A DNA stretch of 64,000 nt from the NCBI GenBank assembly GCA_025774605.1, contig JALGVR010000001.1:2634-66633 (forward strand). Direction: 5' to 3'. The notes beneath the pieces were generated by a model. The model was not told the origin of the DNA, did not search any database, and saw nothing but the letters and a program-made list of their open reading frames with translations. Shown here piece after piece: positions 8,751 to 19,441 of the stretch; the stretch's first letter is position 1; each line of letters opens with the position of its first letter. The DNA comes from a bacterium (GTDB lineage: Bacteria; Electryoneota; AABM5-125-24; Hatepunaeales; Hatepunaeaceae). The translations under genes were made by a program, and so were the position numbers.

Positions 8751-11700
8751 ATGAAATCTTACCTTTCGTTAACTTTTTACCTGGTGTTGGTCGCCTTCCT
8801 GGTTTTCCAGCCGCCACAGGCGGGATCGACACCTGAAGGAAGCGCAATCAGTTACGATCTGATCAAACATAAGGTTATGAGCGGCATTTCCCTGCAACCA
8901 GCCGAGCAGGAATTTTGGCGGAAAGTACAGAGCGAGGGAAAACCGGCAAAGCCTGCTCAACGGGGACCCCGCCGCGATGACCGGGGCGGTCCCGACGACT
9001 TTGGTTACCGTTGGGTTGATTCCGATGAAAATGGCGGTCCGGAATATGAGTGGATCGACATCAGTGATTTCGACGACGTCGTCAACATCAATGGCGTCGG
9101 CGATGACACCAACCACGGTCCCTATGAGCTGGGTTTTGATTTTCCTTACTATGACAACGAGTTCGATCGGATCCGGTACTGCTCGAACGGGTGGGCTTCC
9201 TTCACCAACTCCACTTCAATTTACAACTTTCAGAACTTTGATTTACCCTCGAGGAATCTTCCCGAGAATCTGCTCGCCGTATGTTTGACCGACTGGAATC
9301 CCAATAACGGCGGCGGCACATACATGTTCTGGACGGACGAGGACATGGCGGTGCTGACCTGGGAGAACATCCCCCACATCGACCAGGGGCATGCCCGCTG
9401 GACCTTCCAGATCATACTGACGCCCAACGGGATGATCAAGTATCAGTACGCCCAGATCAATCAGCTCCAGAGAAACACCCTGATCGGATTTCAGAATGAC
9501 GACCAGAACGACGGACTTACCATATATCAGGGCAACGGGGGCAATCTCGACGAGGAGTACGCCATCCGGATCAGCGCCGCGATGGGCTGGCTGACCGGAA
9601 CGGTTACCGATCTGGAAACCGACGAGCCGATCGAGGGCGCGGCGATCACCCTTTCCGACGGTAACCAGGCGGAAACAGACGAAGACGGCGTCTATTGGTT
9701 TGACGAAATCCAGGCTGATCCCTATACCGCCACAGCCAGCATGTACGGCTATAACCCGGTAACCAGCGATGAATTCGAGATTGCCGATCAGGAGACCACC
9801 CTGGTCGATTTCAGCCTGCCGCATCCGGAGATCAGGCTTGACGTGGATGAGTATATAGTTGAGCTCGATCCCCAGCAGACTCAGGAGAACGAGTTTAATA
9901 TCATCAACGAGGGGAATGGTGAACTGACATTCGACTCGTATTTCACCGTCCCGCGTGAAGAGAGACGCGATCCTGCCGGAGACATCCATTTCGATTTGCC
10001 TGTCAGCCAGATAACCGAAGAGATGAACTTCCGGGGTTTGACAAGCGACGGTAACAACCTCTATCTCAGCGGTTCCAACAACCTGGATGATCCCAACTAC
10101 ATCTATGTTTTCGACCGGGAGGGCGAGTATATCCGGCGGTTCGAGCAGCCGGTCGAAGACCCGTCTTCGATCGGAATGCGCGGTCTTGCCTGTGACGGCA
10201 ACTACCTCTACGGTTCCGACGGTCCGACCATAACCCAGTTCACAACCGACGGTGAAGTGGTGGCTCAGATACAGAGCCCCTACGATCCCTCTCGCTACAT
10301 CAACTATGATCCGGAGACCGGTCATTTGTGGATAGGTGAACGTATCGGCGATATAACCGAGATCGACCGCGAGGGCAATGTTCTGACGGAGCTCGACATC
10401 GACATGCGCATCTACGGCATGGCTTGGCATCCGGCGGATCTGGACGGATACAACATATACGTTATCAACAGGCTGGAGGATAACGAGGAGTGCCAGCATT
10501 CGATCTTCAAGGTCAACCCCGAAAACGGAGATGTCCGGCATGTGATGGATCTGCACACGGGCGAGGGTGATCAATCGCTCGACCTGGAGATCACCAATGC
10601 CTATAATCCACTGATCTGGCTGGGCATCGGTCTGGTTGAGAACGATCGCGCCGATCGTGCGGTCGGCTTTGAGATCGAGCTCAATACGACCTGGGTGGAG
10701 ATCGACCCGATGGCGGGCACGGTCGATCCCGATTCCGAACAGCCGGTCTCAGCGACCTTCCGCTCCGGAAACTGGATGCCCGGCACCTATGACCTGGTCC
10801 TCATCATCGAACACAACGCGGCGGGTGATGACCTGGAGCTGCCGCTGACCATGTCGGTTACGGACGCGGGGCTTGAACCGGAGCACTTTGAATTCGCGGT
10901 AACCGGCATCGAGCACAGGTTCACGATCAACGCGGTGCAGCTGCGGGGTCAGCGCGCCTCCTATGGCGACGAGATCGGCATCTTCACTCCCGATGGTCTA
11001 TGCGTCGGCGCCTCGCGCTGGTTCGACCAGGTCACCACTGTCACCGCCTACGGTGATGATCCGGAAACAGGCGAGACTGACGGCTTCGAAGATGGGGAAG
11101 AGCCGGCCTTCAAGGTTTATGACGTCAGCGCCGGTTTGGAGTTCGACGCCGAGTTTACAAGATCATCCGGTGACGAAACCTTCCAGCCGGACGGTTTCAC
11201 GAGGGGAACGCTGTCGGTCGCCGGTCATGCCGTGGAGCAGGTGTTCGACCTGCCGATCGGCTGGAGCCTGATCTCCTCGTACCTGATTCTCGACCGCCAC
11301 GACATCGATTTTATATTCGCCGACCTGGTTGAACGGGACGTTCTGATCATGCTGAAGGATGGCGAGGGTCATTTCTACCGTCCGGATTACGGCTTCGACA
11401 ACATCGAGGAGTGGCGGGAAACTCAAGGCTACCAGATCAAACTCCGGCAGAATGACAGCTTCAGCCTGAGCGGTGAGAGGCAGGAGGCGGACGCGCCGAT
11501 CGACCTCGTCCAGGGCTGGAACCTCATCACCTACTTCCCTGACTGGGAGATGCCGGCGCCGACGGCATTCGCCGGATTGGGTGACAACCTGATTATCGCC
11601 AAGGATGGACACGGTAATTTCTACATACCTGCATGGGATTTTTCCAACATGGGCAACCTTTCAGAGGATAACGGTTACTATATCAAGGTTGATGAAGGCG

Positions 11701-12371
11701 TGGAATTCCACTATCCTCAGGAGGAAGAGGCCGCCGCCTTATCAATGCCCGCTCGGCGGCTTAATCGTCTTAATCCGGTTGCGCCGACGGACAACAATAT
11801 GTCATTGCTCGTTCTTTCAGCCGGCGAATACGGCGGGTGCGACCTTGCCGTGGTGGACGCTTCAGGTCGGATCTGCGGCGCGGCGTGTCTGAACGAAAAC
11901 AGCCCGACCGGTCTGGCTGTCTGGGGCGACGACCCGACCACGTCTGAGCTCGAGGGGCCCGTTGAAGGAGACCGCCTGCATCTGGTTATCCATAGGGATA
12001 ACGGGAAGCCGGAAAACGTCTTCTTCAATCCGGTTTCCGGTGAGCTCGTTTACCGGATTGACGGCTTCACGGCGATTGAAGCCTCCGCGCCGCGATCGGC
12101 CGTTCCCGGTGATTTTTACCTCGACGGCGCATATCCCAATCCGTTCAACGATCAGACCGTGGTGAAGTTCGGTCTGGCGGAGTCGGGCGATGTGAAACTG
12201 ACGATGTATGACCTTGCCGGAAGACTGGTTGATGTGCTGATTTCGGGTCGGATGTCGGCCGGTCATCATGCGGTCACATGGCATCCGCGGGGGCTGACTT
12301 CGGGCATGTATCTCCTGAAACTCGAAGCATCCAACCACACAGGAATCGTCAAGGTCCTGCTGCTCAGATAA
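8751..12371 (+). CDS. Large (about 1200 aa) acidic secreted protein. It has a signal peptide, a carboxypeptidase-regulatory-like beta-sandwich, NHL/beta-propeller-like repeats and a C-terminal T9SS (Por) sorting domain.
   Basis: The start was moved to MKSYLSLTFYLVLVAFLV (SD gggagga upstream). It contains GTVTDLETDEPIEGAAITLSDG..DGVYWF (CarbopepD_reg-like). The C-terminal 80 aa (YPNPFNDQTVVKFGL...MYLLKLEASNHTGIVKVLLLR) match the T9SS CTD pattern. Confidence 0.65.
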   Translation: MKSYLSLTFYLVLVAFLVFQPPQAGSTPEGSAISYDLIKHKVMSGISLQPAEQEFWRKVQSEGKPAKPAQRGPRRDDRGGPDDFGYRWVDSDENGGPEYEWIDISDFDDVVNINGVGDDTNHGPYELGFDFPYYDNEFDRIRYCSNGWASFTNSTSIYNFQNFDLPSRNLPENLLAVCLTDWNPNNGGGTYMFWTDEDMAVLTWENIPHIDQGHARWTFQIILTPNGMIKYQYAQINQLQRNTLIGFQNDDQNDGLTIYQGNGGNLDEEYAIRISAAMGWLTGTVTDLETDEPIEGAAITLSDGNQAETDEDGVYWFDEIQADPYTATASMYGYNPVTSDEFEIADQETTLVDFSLPHPEIRLDVDEYIVELDPQQTQENEFNIINEGNGELTFDSYFTVPREERRDPAGDIHFDLPVSQITEEMNFRGLTSDGNNLYLSGSNNLDDPNYIYVFDREGEYIRRFEQPVEDPSSIGMRGLACDGNYLYGSDGPTITQFTTDGEVVAQIQSPYDPSRYINYDPETGHLWIGERIGDITEIDREGNVLTELDIDMRIYGMAWHPADLDGYNIYVINRLEDNEECQHSIFKVNPENGDVRHVMDLHTGEGDQSLDLEITNAYNPLIWLGIGLVENDRADRAVGFEIELNTTWVEIDPMAGTVDPDSEQPVSATFRSGNWMPGTYDLVLIIEHNAAGDDLELPLTMSVTDAGLEPEHFEFAVTGIEHRFTINAVQLRGQRASYGDEIGIFTPDGLCVGASRWFDQVTTVTAYGDDPETGETDGFEDGEEPAFKVYDVSAGLEFDAEFTRSSGDETFQPDGFTRGTLSVAGHAVEQVFDLPIGWSLISSYLILDRHDIDFIFADLVERDVLIMLKDGEGHFYRPDYGFDNIEEWRETQGYQIKLRQNDSFSLSGERQEADAPIDLVQGWNLITYFPDWEMPAPTAFAGLGDNLIIAKDGHGNFYIPAWDFSNMGNLSEDNGYYIKVDEGVEFHYPQEEEAAALSMPARRLNRLNPVAPTDNNMSLLVLSAGEYGGCDLAVVDASGRICGAACLNENSPTGLAVWGDDPTTSELEGPVEGDRLHLVIHRDNGKPENVFFNPVSGELVYRIDGFTAIEASAPRSAVPGDFYLDGAYPNPFNDQTVVKFGLAESGDVKLTMYDLAGRLVDVLISGRMSAGHHAVTWHPRGLTSGMYLLKLEASNHTGIVKVLLLR

Positions 12372-12397
12372 AGTGACGTGAACCCCCGGTACGAAAA

Positions 12398-12425
12398 GCC
12401 CCGGTTTTCAGCCGGGGCTTTTTTC
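12398..12425 (+). terminator. Rho-independent terminator after the T9SS-protein gene.
   Basis: gccccgg-ttttcag-ccggggc followed by TTTTTT. Confidence 0.7.
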
Positions 12426-12454
12426 TCAAGGCGCTTCATTTTAATATCATATCT

Positions 12455-12890
12455 CACATTGTCATTCCTGTGAAGGCAGTCTGTCCGAGAATGAGAAAAA
12501 CGCACCAAACCTCATCATTCCATCGAAAGATGGAATCCAGTAACACACGTAATATCAGCAACATCACTGGATTCCAACCCCCGCGTCCGCGAGGGCATGC
12601 TTCCGTTGGAATGATGAATCCCGAGACAATTTGCTATTCTCAGACAGGCCGGCAGGCAGGAATCCACTGTTTGCAGGTATATACTTCTTTCCGGATAACT
12701 GCTTCCGCAGGTGCGACACGTTACATGAGGACGCCGACTGAAGTCGGCGCTCCCCGTTCAACTGCTTCCGCATGTATGACGTTTGACCGACCTCTTCAAC
12801 AGGAACGTCCGCTCCCCGGGCTCGACCATAGGGAGCCCCGCTTAACAACTGATAATGACAACGTGAATAGTCAGAATGACAGCCTGGATG
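12455..12890. repeat. Non-coding, repeat-rich spacer of about 450 bp with several short inverted repeats. It includes degenerate family-A units (gtcattcctgtgaaggcag..., gtcagaatgac) and one family-B half-site (ggacgccgactgaagtcggcgctcccc at 12729-12755).
   Basis: Seen directly. No credible ORF. AT-rich promoter-like sequence follows (12900-13200). Confidence 0.5.
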
Positions 12891-13205
12891 AATCTGCGTT
12901 TCAATAATACTTACCGAAATGTTAATCGCGTAATAAAATGTTTTATTAATCAAACAATATGATTTTTAAGAATTTTCTAACAGTATAAAGAATTTAATTG
13001 AATTAATCTTGACATCCTTGAAAGTGTATTATATATTGCTTTGTGCTTTAAGGAACTTGTAGTGCATATTTTTCTTATGCGCCGATTGTCCGTCGGAAAC
13101 TCCGTCCTTGTTGATTGTTTTCAATATCGGAATAAAGCGGCAATCTGCGCGTTTTTATACTTGATACTATTGAAATTAGCGAAACATAAATCGGGATAGG
13201 GTAGA

Positions 13206-15320
13206 TTGGATCAATATCTTTTAATCACACTGATAGCTGGTGTACTGGCGTTGCTCTTCGCCCTTTTCAAGGCCGGACTGGTCAAACGTCAGGATGTTGG
13301 CGATGCCAGGATGGCGGAGATAGCGAAGAATATCCATGAGGGGGCGATGGCCTTTCTGGGTAAAGAATACTCGGTTCTCGTCATCTTCGTGATAGCAGTA
13401 GCGATCCTGCTGGCGATCGCCAACGCGGGCAACCCGGAATCACACGCGCTCGTCGCCCTGTCGTTCGTTCTCGGCGCGATCTGCAGCGGCCTGGCGGGTT
13501 TTTTCGGGATGACCGTCGCCACCAAAGCCAACGTCCGTACGACTCAGGCGGCGCGCACCGGATTATCCAAGGCGTTGTCCGTCGCGTTCTCCGGTGGAAC
13601 CGTAATGGGGATGTCGGTGGTCGGGCTGGCGGTATGCGGTCTGGTGATACTGTTTCTCGTTTATACCAGGCTGATGGGTTTTGACGCACATACGCACATC
13701 GGGCTTAAGAAGCTCCTGGCCACCATATCCGGTTTTTCTCTGGGCGCTTCATCAATCGCCCTGTTCGCCCGTGTCGGCGGCGGTATTTACACGAAAGCCG
13801 CTGACGTCGGCGCCGACCTGGTCGGGAAGGTGGAAGCCGGCATTCCGGAAGACGACCCGCGCAATCCCGCGGTTATCGCTGACAACGTCGGGGATAATGT
13901 CGGCGACGTCGCCGGTATGGGAGCCGATCTGTTCGAGTCATACGTCGGAGCGATCGTCGGTTCGATGGTCATCGGCGGCTCGAGCTGGTATGTGTTGTCT
14001 GCAGGTGCGGAGAAGGCGTTGATGCCGGTGATGCTGCCGCTTGTGCTGGCAGCGGCGGGGATCATCGTCTCCATAATCGGCACCTTCTTCGTTCGGTCGG
14101 GAGAGAAATCGAATCCACAGACCGCGCTGAACATCGGCACGTTCGGCGCCGGGATTTTGATGGTGATCGCTTCCTGGTTCATCATACATGCCTTTATCGA
14201 GAGGCCGGTGCGGGTCACCGATTTCTTCGGTGTTATGCACACCTATACGGCGACCGGCGTCTTTCTCGCCACGATCTACGGATTGCTCGCCGGAATTGCC
14301 ATCGGGCTGATCACCGAATATTTCACATCCGAAAGCCGCGGTCCTGCGCATGCTGTCGCCCGCGAGAGCCTGACCGGCGCGGCAACCAACATCATCGCGG
14401 GGTTGGCGACCGGCATGCGGTCCACAGCCCTTCCGCTGATAGTGCTCGGCGCCGCAATCATCCTGGCCTATCATTCAGCCGGTCTCTACGGGATCGCCAT
14501 CGCTGCAGTCGGAATGTTGTCTACAACCGGAATTCAGCTCGCCGTCGATGCCTATGGCCCGATTGCCGACAATGCCGGTGGGATAGCGGAGATGGCCGAG
14601 CTCGGCCCTGATATCCGCAGGCGAACGGATAAACTCGACGCGGTCGGAAACACAACTGCCGCGATCGGCAAGGGCTTCGCCATCGGGTCGGCCGCACTGA
14701 CCGCGCTGGCGCTGTTCTCGGCGTTCATGACTGTAGTGCAGATCAAGCATCCTGACGTCAGGATAGACGTTATGAATCCGAACGTGATGGCCGGTGTACT
14801 GGTCGGCGCCATGCTCCCGTTCCTGTTCAGTTCATTCGCCATGCGCGCTGTCGGGCGCGCGGCCGGGAAGATGATCGAAGAGGTGCGCCGCCAGTTCAAG
14901 GAAATACCCGGTTTGCTGGAGGGCAAGGAAGGCGTCAAGGCGGATCACAGCCGCTGTGTCACCATCGCCACCGCCGGCGCCATCAAGCAGATGGTTGCAC
15001 CGGGGTTGTTGGCTGTCCTGACACCGGTGGTGGTCGGCTTTGCATTCACCGACAAGTCGGTATTGGGTGGACTGCTTGTCGGCGTTACATCGTCCGGCGT
15101 GCTGATGGCGATCTTCATGTCAAACACCGGCGGCGTGTGGGACAACGCCAAAAAGCATATCGAAGGCGGAGCGTATGGCGGCAAGGGTTCCGATGCCCAT
15201 AAAGCCGCCGTGGTAGGCGACACGGTTGGCGATCCGTTCAAGGATACCGCAGGCCCATCGCTGAATATTCTCATCAAGTTAATGAGTGTCGTTTCGTTGG
15301 TTATTGCGCCCCTGTTGTGA
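13206..15320 (+). CDS. hppA: Membrane-bound proton/sodium-translocating pyrophosphatase (TTG start).
   Basis: 704 aa with about 16 [11 protein letters not shown] and [10 protein letters not shown] signature motifs of H+-PPase. Confidence 0.9.
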   Translation: MDQYLLITLIAGVLALLFALFKAGLVKRQDVGDARMAEIAKNIHEGAMAFLGKEYSVLVIFVIAVAILLAIANAGNPESHALVALSFVLGAICSGLAGFFGMTVATKANVRTTQAARTGLSKALSVAFSGGTVMGMSVVGLAVCGLVILFLVYTRLMGFDAHTHIGLKKLLATISGFSLGASSIALFARVGGGIYTKAADVGADLVGKVEAGIPEDDPRNPAVIADNVGDNVGDVAGMGADLFESYVGAIVGSMVIGGSSWYVLSAGAEKALMPVMLPLVLAAAGIIVSIIGTFFVRSGEKSNPQTALNIGTFGAGILMVIASWFIIHAFIERPVRVTDFFGVMHTYTATGVFLATIYGLLAGIAIGLITEYFTSESRGPAHAVARESLTGAATNIIAGLATGMRSTALPLIVLGAAIILAYHSAGLYGIAIAAVGMLSTTGIQLAVDAYGPIADNAGGIAEMAELGPDIRRRTDKLDAVGNTTAAIGKGFAIGSAALTALALFSAFMTVVQIKHPDVRIDVMNPNVMAGVLVGAMLPFLFSSFAMRAVGRAAGKMIEEVRRQFKEIPGLLEGKEGVKADHSRCVTIATAGAIKQMVAPGLLAVLTPVVVGFAFTDKSVLGGLLVGVTSSGVLMAIFMSNTGGVWDNAKKHIEGGAYGGKGSDAHKAAVVGDTVGDPFKDTAGPSLNILIKLMSVVSLVIAPLL

Positions 15321-15423
15321 GGAGGAATTACTGCAGGACGGGATGATGAGAATGGGATTCCATCACCCTCTGCACATTTCCGGGTGGCGATTTGTTAAAG
15401 TCATTTCAAAAGCGAGGTGTTAA

Positions 15424-16656
15424 ATGGGTAAATTGATAAGACCCCACGGCTCCGACAATCTGATCACGCTCCTGTTGCAGGGTGAGGAACTGGCGGCAGA
15501 ACGGCGGAGAGCGGAAACGCTCCCCCAGGCGCGCATTACCTCCCGCGAGGTCGGTGATTTGATCATGATGGGCATCGGCGGATTCACGCCGCTGAAGGGA
15601 TTCATGGGTCACGACGATTGGAAGGGTGTCTGCGCGGAGATGAAGATGACCGACGGCACCTTCTGGCCGATACCGATCACCGTATCGGTCGACAAGGAAT
15701 TCGCTGATTCGATCAGGGAAGGCGACGAGATAACCCTCGTCAACGACGAAGACGGGGATCTCATGGCGACCATGAAAGTCGGCGATAAATATACGATCGA
15801 CAAATCATTCGAATGTAAACACGTTTTCACCACTGACGATCTTGAGCATCCCGGCGTCAAGATGGTGATGAGCCAGAAGGAGGTCAACCTCGGGGGTGAG
15901 GTCAAGGTTCTGTCGGAGAGCTATTTTCCAAAGGAGTTCGCCGGTATCTACCAGCGTCCGGCGGAAAGCCGCAGGATCTTCGAGGAGAAGGGCTGGCGGA
16001 CGATAGCCGCACTGCAGCTCCGCAACCCCATGCACCGTTCGCACGAATATCTGGCGAAGATCGCCATTGAAGTCTCGGACGGTCTGTACATTCACCAGTT
16101 GGTCGGCAAGCTGAAGCCGGGAGACATTCCGGCCGACGTTCGCGTGAAATGTATCAACACCCTGGTGGAGAATTATTTCAACAAGGAGCGGGTGGTCATG
16201 GGCGGCTATCCGCTCGACATGCGTTATGCCGGTCCGCGCGAAGCCTTGCTGCACGGCGTCTTCCGCCAGAACTTCGGCTGCACGCACATGATCATCGGAC
16301 GCGATCATGCCGGTGTCGGCGAATATTACGGCCCGTTCGACGCTCAGACCGCATACTACGACCTGTGGGAAGGCGCCCTGGAATGCAAGATGCTGCCGAT
16401 CGACTGGACGTTCTGGGACTACGGTCAGGGCGGCATGGCGTCGATGAAGACCTCACCGGATAAGAACAAGGACAAGCGGCTGTTCCTTTCGGGCACCAAG
16501 CTGCGCAAACTGCTCAGCGAAGGCAAGCTGGACGAGATTCCACCGGAGTTCAGTCGTCCGGAAGTCCTTACCATTCTCAAGGAGTACTACGCCGGGTTGA
16601 CCGAGAAGGTCGAGATCAAGATGCACGGCTACGCCACCGGTGAAGGAAAGAAATAG
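15424..16656 (+). CDS. sat: Sulfate adenylyltransferase (ATP sulfurylase), dissimilatory type.
   Basis: 410 aa. [12 protein letters not shown] and GRDHAGVG motifs. It lies 100 bp after hppA and just upstream of aprBA. Confidence 0.9.
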   Translation: MGKLIRPHGSDNLITLLLQGEELAAERRRAETLPQARITSREVGDLIMMGIGGFTPLKGFMGHDDWKGVCAEMKMTDGTFWPIPITVSVDKEFADSIREGDEITLVNDEDGDLMATMKVGDKYTIDKSFECKHVFTTDDLEHPGVKMVMSQKEVNLGGEVKVLSESYFPKEFAGIYQRPAESRRIFEEKGWRTIAALQLRNPMHRSHEYLAKIAIEVSDGLYIHQLVGKLKPGDIPADVRVKCINTLVENYFNKERVVMGGYPLDMRYAGPREALLHGVFRQNFGCTHMIIGRDHAGVGEYYGPFDAQTAYYDLWEGALECKMLPIDWTFWDYGQGGMASMKTSPDKNKDKRLFLSGTKLRKLLSEGKLDEIPPEFSRPEVLTILKEYYAGLTEKVEIKMHGYATGEGKK

Positions 16657-16710
16657 AATCATATAAACATGAAGCCAAAATAACTAATACCAATTAATTC
16701 TGGAGGGAGA

Positions 16711-17151
16711 ATGCCAAGCTATGTAAATCCAGAAAAGTGCGATGGGTGCAAGGCGCTGGACAAGACCGCTTGCCAGTATATCTGCCCCAACGACTTGATG
16801 GTCCTGGACAAGGCGACCGAGAAGGCTTACAACCAGGATGTCGCCATGTGCTGGGAATGCTATAACTGCGTGAAGATATGCCCCGTGGATGCGATCGAAA
16901 TGCGCGGTTATGCTGACTTTGTGCCACTCGGTGCAACTGTCACACCGATGCGCGGTTCAGATGCCATTATGTGGACCGTGAAGTTTCGCAACGGGATGTT
17001 GAAACGGTTCAAGTTCCCGATCCGTACAACTCCTGAAGGTTCCGCGGTTCCTGACGGCGGTTGGGATACCGGGACGGATGATTTGGGCGATGCCACCCTG
17101 TTCACCGAACCGGGATCAATCGGGCTGCCTGAAGTTCCAACCCTGAAGTAG
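16711..17151 (+). CDS. aprB: Adenylylsulfate reductase beta subunit.
   Basis: The MPSYVNPEKCDGCKA N-terminus is characteristic of AprB. Two [4Fe-4S] Cys clusters. Confidence 0.9.
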   Translation: MPSYVNPEKCDGCKALDKTACQYICPNDLMVLDKATEKAYNQDVAMCWECYNCVKICPVDAIEMRGYADFVPLGATVTPMRGSDAIMWTVKFRNGMLKRFKFPIRTTPEGSAVPDGGWDTGTDDLGDATLFTEPGSIGLPEVPTLK

Positions 17152-17164
17152 AGGAGTCGTCACA

Positions 17165-19051
17165 ATGGCAAATTTTGAAACTGTTACAGTAAACACCGAT
17201 CTGCTGATTGTCGGCGGCGGCATGGCTGCCTGCGGCGCAGCGGTGGAAGCGGCGTACTGGGCCAAGAAGAACGGCCTGAACGCCGTTATCGTCGACAAGG
17301 CTGCCCTGGATCGTTCCGGCGCGGTGGCGATGGGGCTTTCGGCGATCAACCAGTACGTCGGTCTCAAAGATGGTGATAACACCCTGACCGACTATGTCAA
17401 TTACGTGCGCAACGACCTGATGGGTATCACACGTGAAGACCTGGTCGCCAGCATTGCCCGCCACGTCGACGGGACAGTTCACCTGTTCGAGAAATGGGGT
17501 CTCCCGATCTGGAAGGATGAGGACGGCAAGTACGTGCATGAAGGCCGCTGGCAGCTCATGATCAACGGCGAATCCTACAAGGTTGTCGTCGCCGAAGCAG
17601 CCAAGAATGCAATCGGGATCGACAACCTCTACGAGCGCGTGTTCATCGTCGGTCCGCTGATGGATGGCGACCGCGTTGCCGGCGCAGTCGGTTTCTCGGT
17701 TCGCGAGGAGAAGTTCTACGTGTTCAAGGCAAAGGCTGTCCTGGTTGCCATGGGCGGCGCCGTGCACGTCTTCAAGCCGCGTTCGGCCGGTGAAGGTCTC
17801 GGTCGCGCCTGGTATCCACCCTGGAACTCCGGCTCATCCGCCTACTTTACGCTGAAAGCCGGCGCCGAGATGACCTGCCAGGAGGTCCGGTTCATCCCGG
17901 TGCGCTTCAAGGACGCCTACGGCCCTGTCGGCGCCTGGTTCCTGCTGTTCAAATCCCGCGCCACCAATGGCTTCGGAGAAAACTACATGCAGACCAACGC
18001 CAGTGAGCTCGAGAAATGGGTTCCGTACGGCAAGGTTAAGCCTGTACCCGCCAACCTGCGCAACTGGCTCATGATGCTCGATGTGATGGACGGCAAGGGC
18101 CCCATCTACATGCGTACCGAGGAAGCCATCGCCAACATCGCCGAGCAGTACAAGGACGATCCGAAGGCTTACAAGAAGAAGATGAAGGAGCTCGAGTCCG
18201 AAGCCTGGGAAGATTTCCTTGACATGACCATCTCACAGGCTTTCCTCTGGGCGGCGACAAACGTTGCTCCCGAGGAGAGGTCTTCCGAGATCGCCGCCGC
18301 CGAGCCGTACTTCATCGGCTCACACTCCGGCGCTTCGGGAGCATGGGTCTCCGGACCTGAAGACCTTCAAACCGACGAGACCAGAGGTGAGTACTTCTGG
18401 GGATACGCTCACATGTCCACCGTCAAGGGCCTGTTCTGTGCCGGTGACGCATCAGGCGCATCATCTCACAAGTTCTCGTCAGGTTCTCACGCTGAGGGGC
18501 GCATCGCGGCAAAGGCGGCCGTCAAGTTCATCATTGACAACAACACAATGCCGAATGTCAGCGACGAGACGATCGAAGGGTTGAAGAAGGAGATACTTGC
18601 CCCGCTCGACCGCTTCGCCCAATTCAGCAAGAACACCACCGATCCGGACGTCAACCCGGATTACATCCGTCCCAAGATGTTCATGTTCAGACTGCAGAAG
18701 ATCATGGACGAGTACGCCGGTGGTGTGACTTCCCAGTTTATGACCTCCAAGGTCATGCTGGATAAGGGGCTTGAGCTGTTGGCTTTCCTCAAGGAAGACT
18801 CGGAAAAGCTGGCCGCCGAGAACCTTCATGAACTGATGCGCTGCTGGGAGAACATCCATCGCATGTGGCAGGCTGAAGCCCACGTCCGCACCATCCTCTT
18901 CCGCGAGGAGACCCGTTGGCCCGGTTACTACTTCCGTGCCGACTGTCCCGAGATGAAGGATGACTGGAAGGTCTTCGCCAACTGCCGGTGGGATCCCGCC
19001 AGCGGCGAATGGGAGATGAAGAAAAGACCGGTTTACCAGATATTTGACTAA
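17165..19051 (+). CDS. aprA: Adenylylsulfate reductase alpha subunit (FAD flavoprotein).
   Basis: 628 aa. DLLIVGGGMAACGAA FAD motif. VDKAALDRSGAVAMGLSAINQY is typical of AprA. Confidence 0.9.
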   Translation: MANFETVTVNTDLLIVGGGMAACGAAVEAAYWAKKNGLNAVIVDKAALDRSGAVAMGLSAINQYVGLKDGDNTLTDYVNYVRNDLMGITREDLVASIARHVDGTVHLFEKWGLPIWKDEDGKYVHEGRWQLMINGESYKVVVAEAAKNAIGIDNLYERVFIVGPLMDGDRVAGAVGFSVREEKFYVFKAKAVLVAMGGAVHVFKPRSAGEGLGRAWYPPWNSGSSAYFTLKAGAEMTCQEVRFIPVRFKDAYGPVGAWFLLFKSRATNGFGENYMQTNASELEKWVPYGKVKPVPANLRNWLMMLDVMDGKGPIYMRTEEAIANIAEQYKDDPKAYKKKMKELESEAWEDFLDMTISQAFLWAATNVAPEERSSEIAAAEPYFIGSHSGASGAWVSGPEDLQTDETRGEYFWGYAHMSTVKGLFCAGDASGASSHKFSSGSHAEGRIAAKAAVKFIIDNNTMPNVSDETIEGLKKEILAPLDRFAQFSKNTTDPDVNPDYIRPKMFMFRLQKIMDEYAGGVTSQFMTSKVMLDKGLELLAFLKEDSEKLAAENLHELMRCWENIHRMWQAEAHVRTILFREETRWPGYYFRADCPEMKDDWKVFANCRWDPASGEWEMKKRPVYQIFD

Positions 19052-19063
19052 TCGGTCGCCCGA

Positions 19064-19102
19064 ATTCGGAGGCTCCCCGAAGGGAGCCTCCGAATGTGAT
19101 TT
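19064..19102 (+). terminator. Strong hairpin downstream of aprA (13-bp perfect stem, GNRA-like loop cgaa). Probably a terminator or transcript-stabilising element.
   Basis: attcggaggctccc-cgaa-gggagcctccgaat. It has only a weak downstream T-tract. Confidence 0.5.
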
Positions 19103-19152
19103 TCAACGTTGAACGTCAAGCCGAATGAAGAAAGGATTTCTGTAATATCAGA

Positions 19153-19422
19153 ATGTTGAAGATAATCGAACCACCAGTATGTCTTCACTGTGGCGGGTTG
19201 ATGGACAAAATGGAGATGCCCGCCGAGGCGGGTTATCCGAGTTCATTCGTCTGGGTTTGTTTCAACGATGATTGCCCCTACTATGTTCGAGGATGGCAAT
19301 GGATGAAGGAGAAATATGAGGTTAAGTCATCATACCGGTATAAGATAAATCCTGTCACGGGCTTAGCCAGTCCTCTGCCTGTGTGGTCTGAAACCGCCAT
19401 GAAAGACCGCATCGTTAGCTGA
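19153..19422 (+). CDS. Small (89 aa) Cys4 zinc-ribbon-like protein of unknown function.
   Basis: CLHC...x22...CFNDDC arrangement. It sits between aprA and the qmo genes. Confidence 0.4.
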   Translation: MLKIIEPPVCLHCGGLMDKMEMPAEAGYPSSFVWVCFNDDCPYYVRGWQWMKEKYEVKSSYRYKINPVTGLASPLPVWSETAMKDRIVS

Positions 19423-19441
19423 AAGGAACATAAATCCGCAG

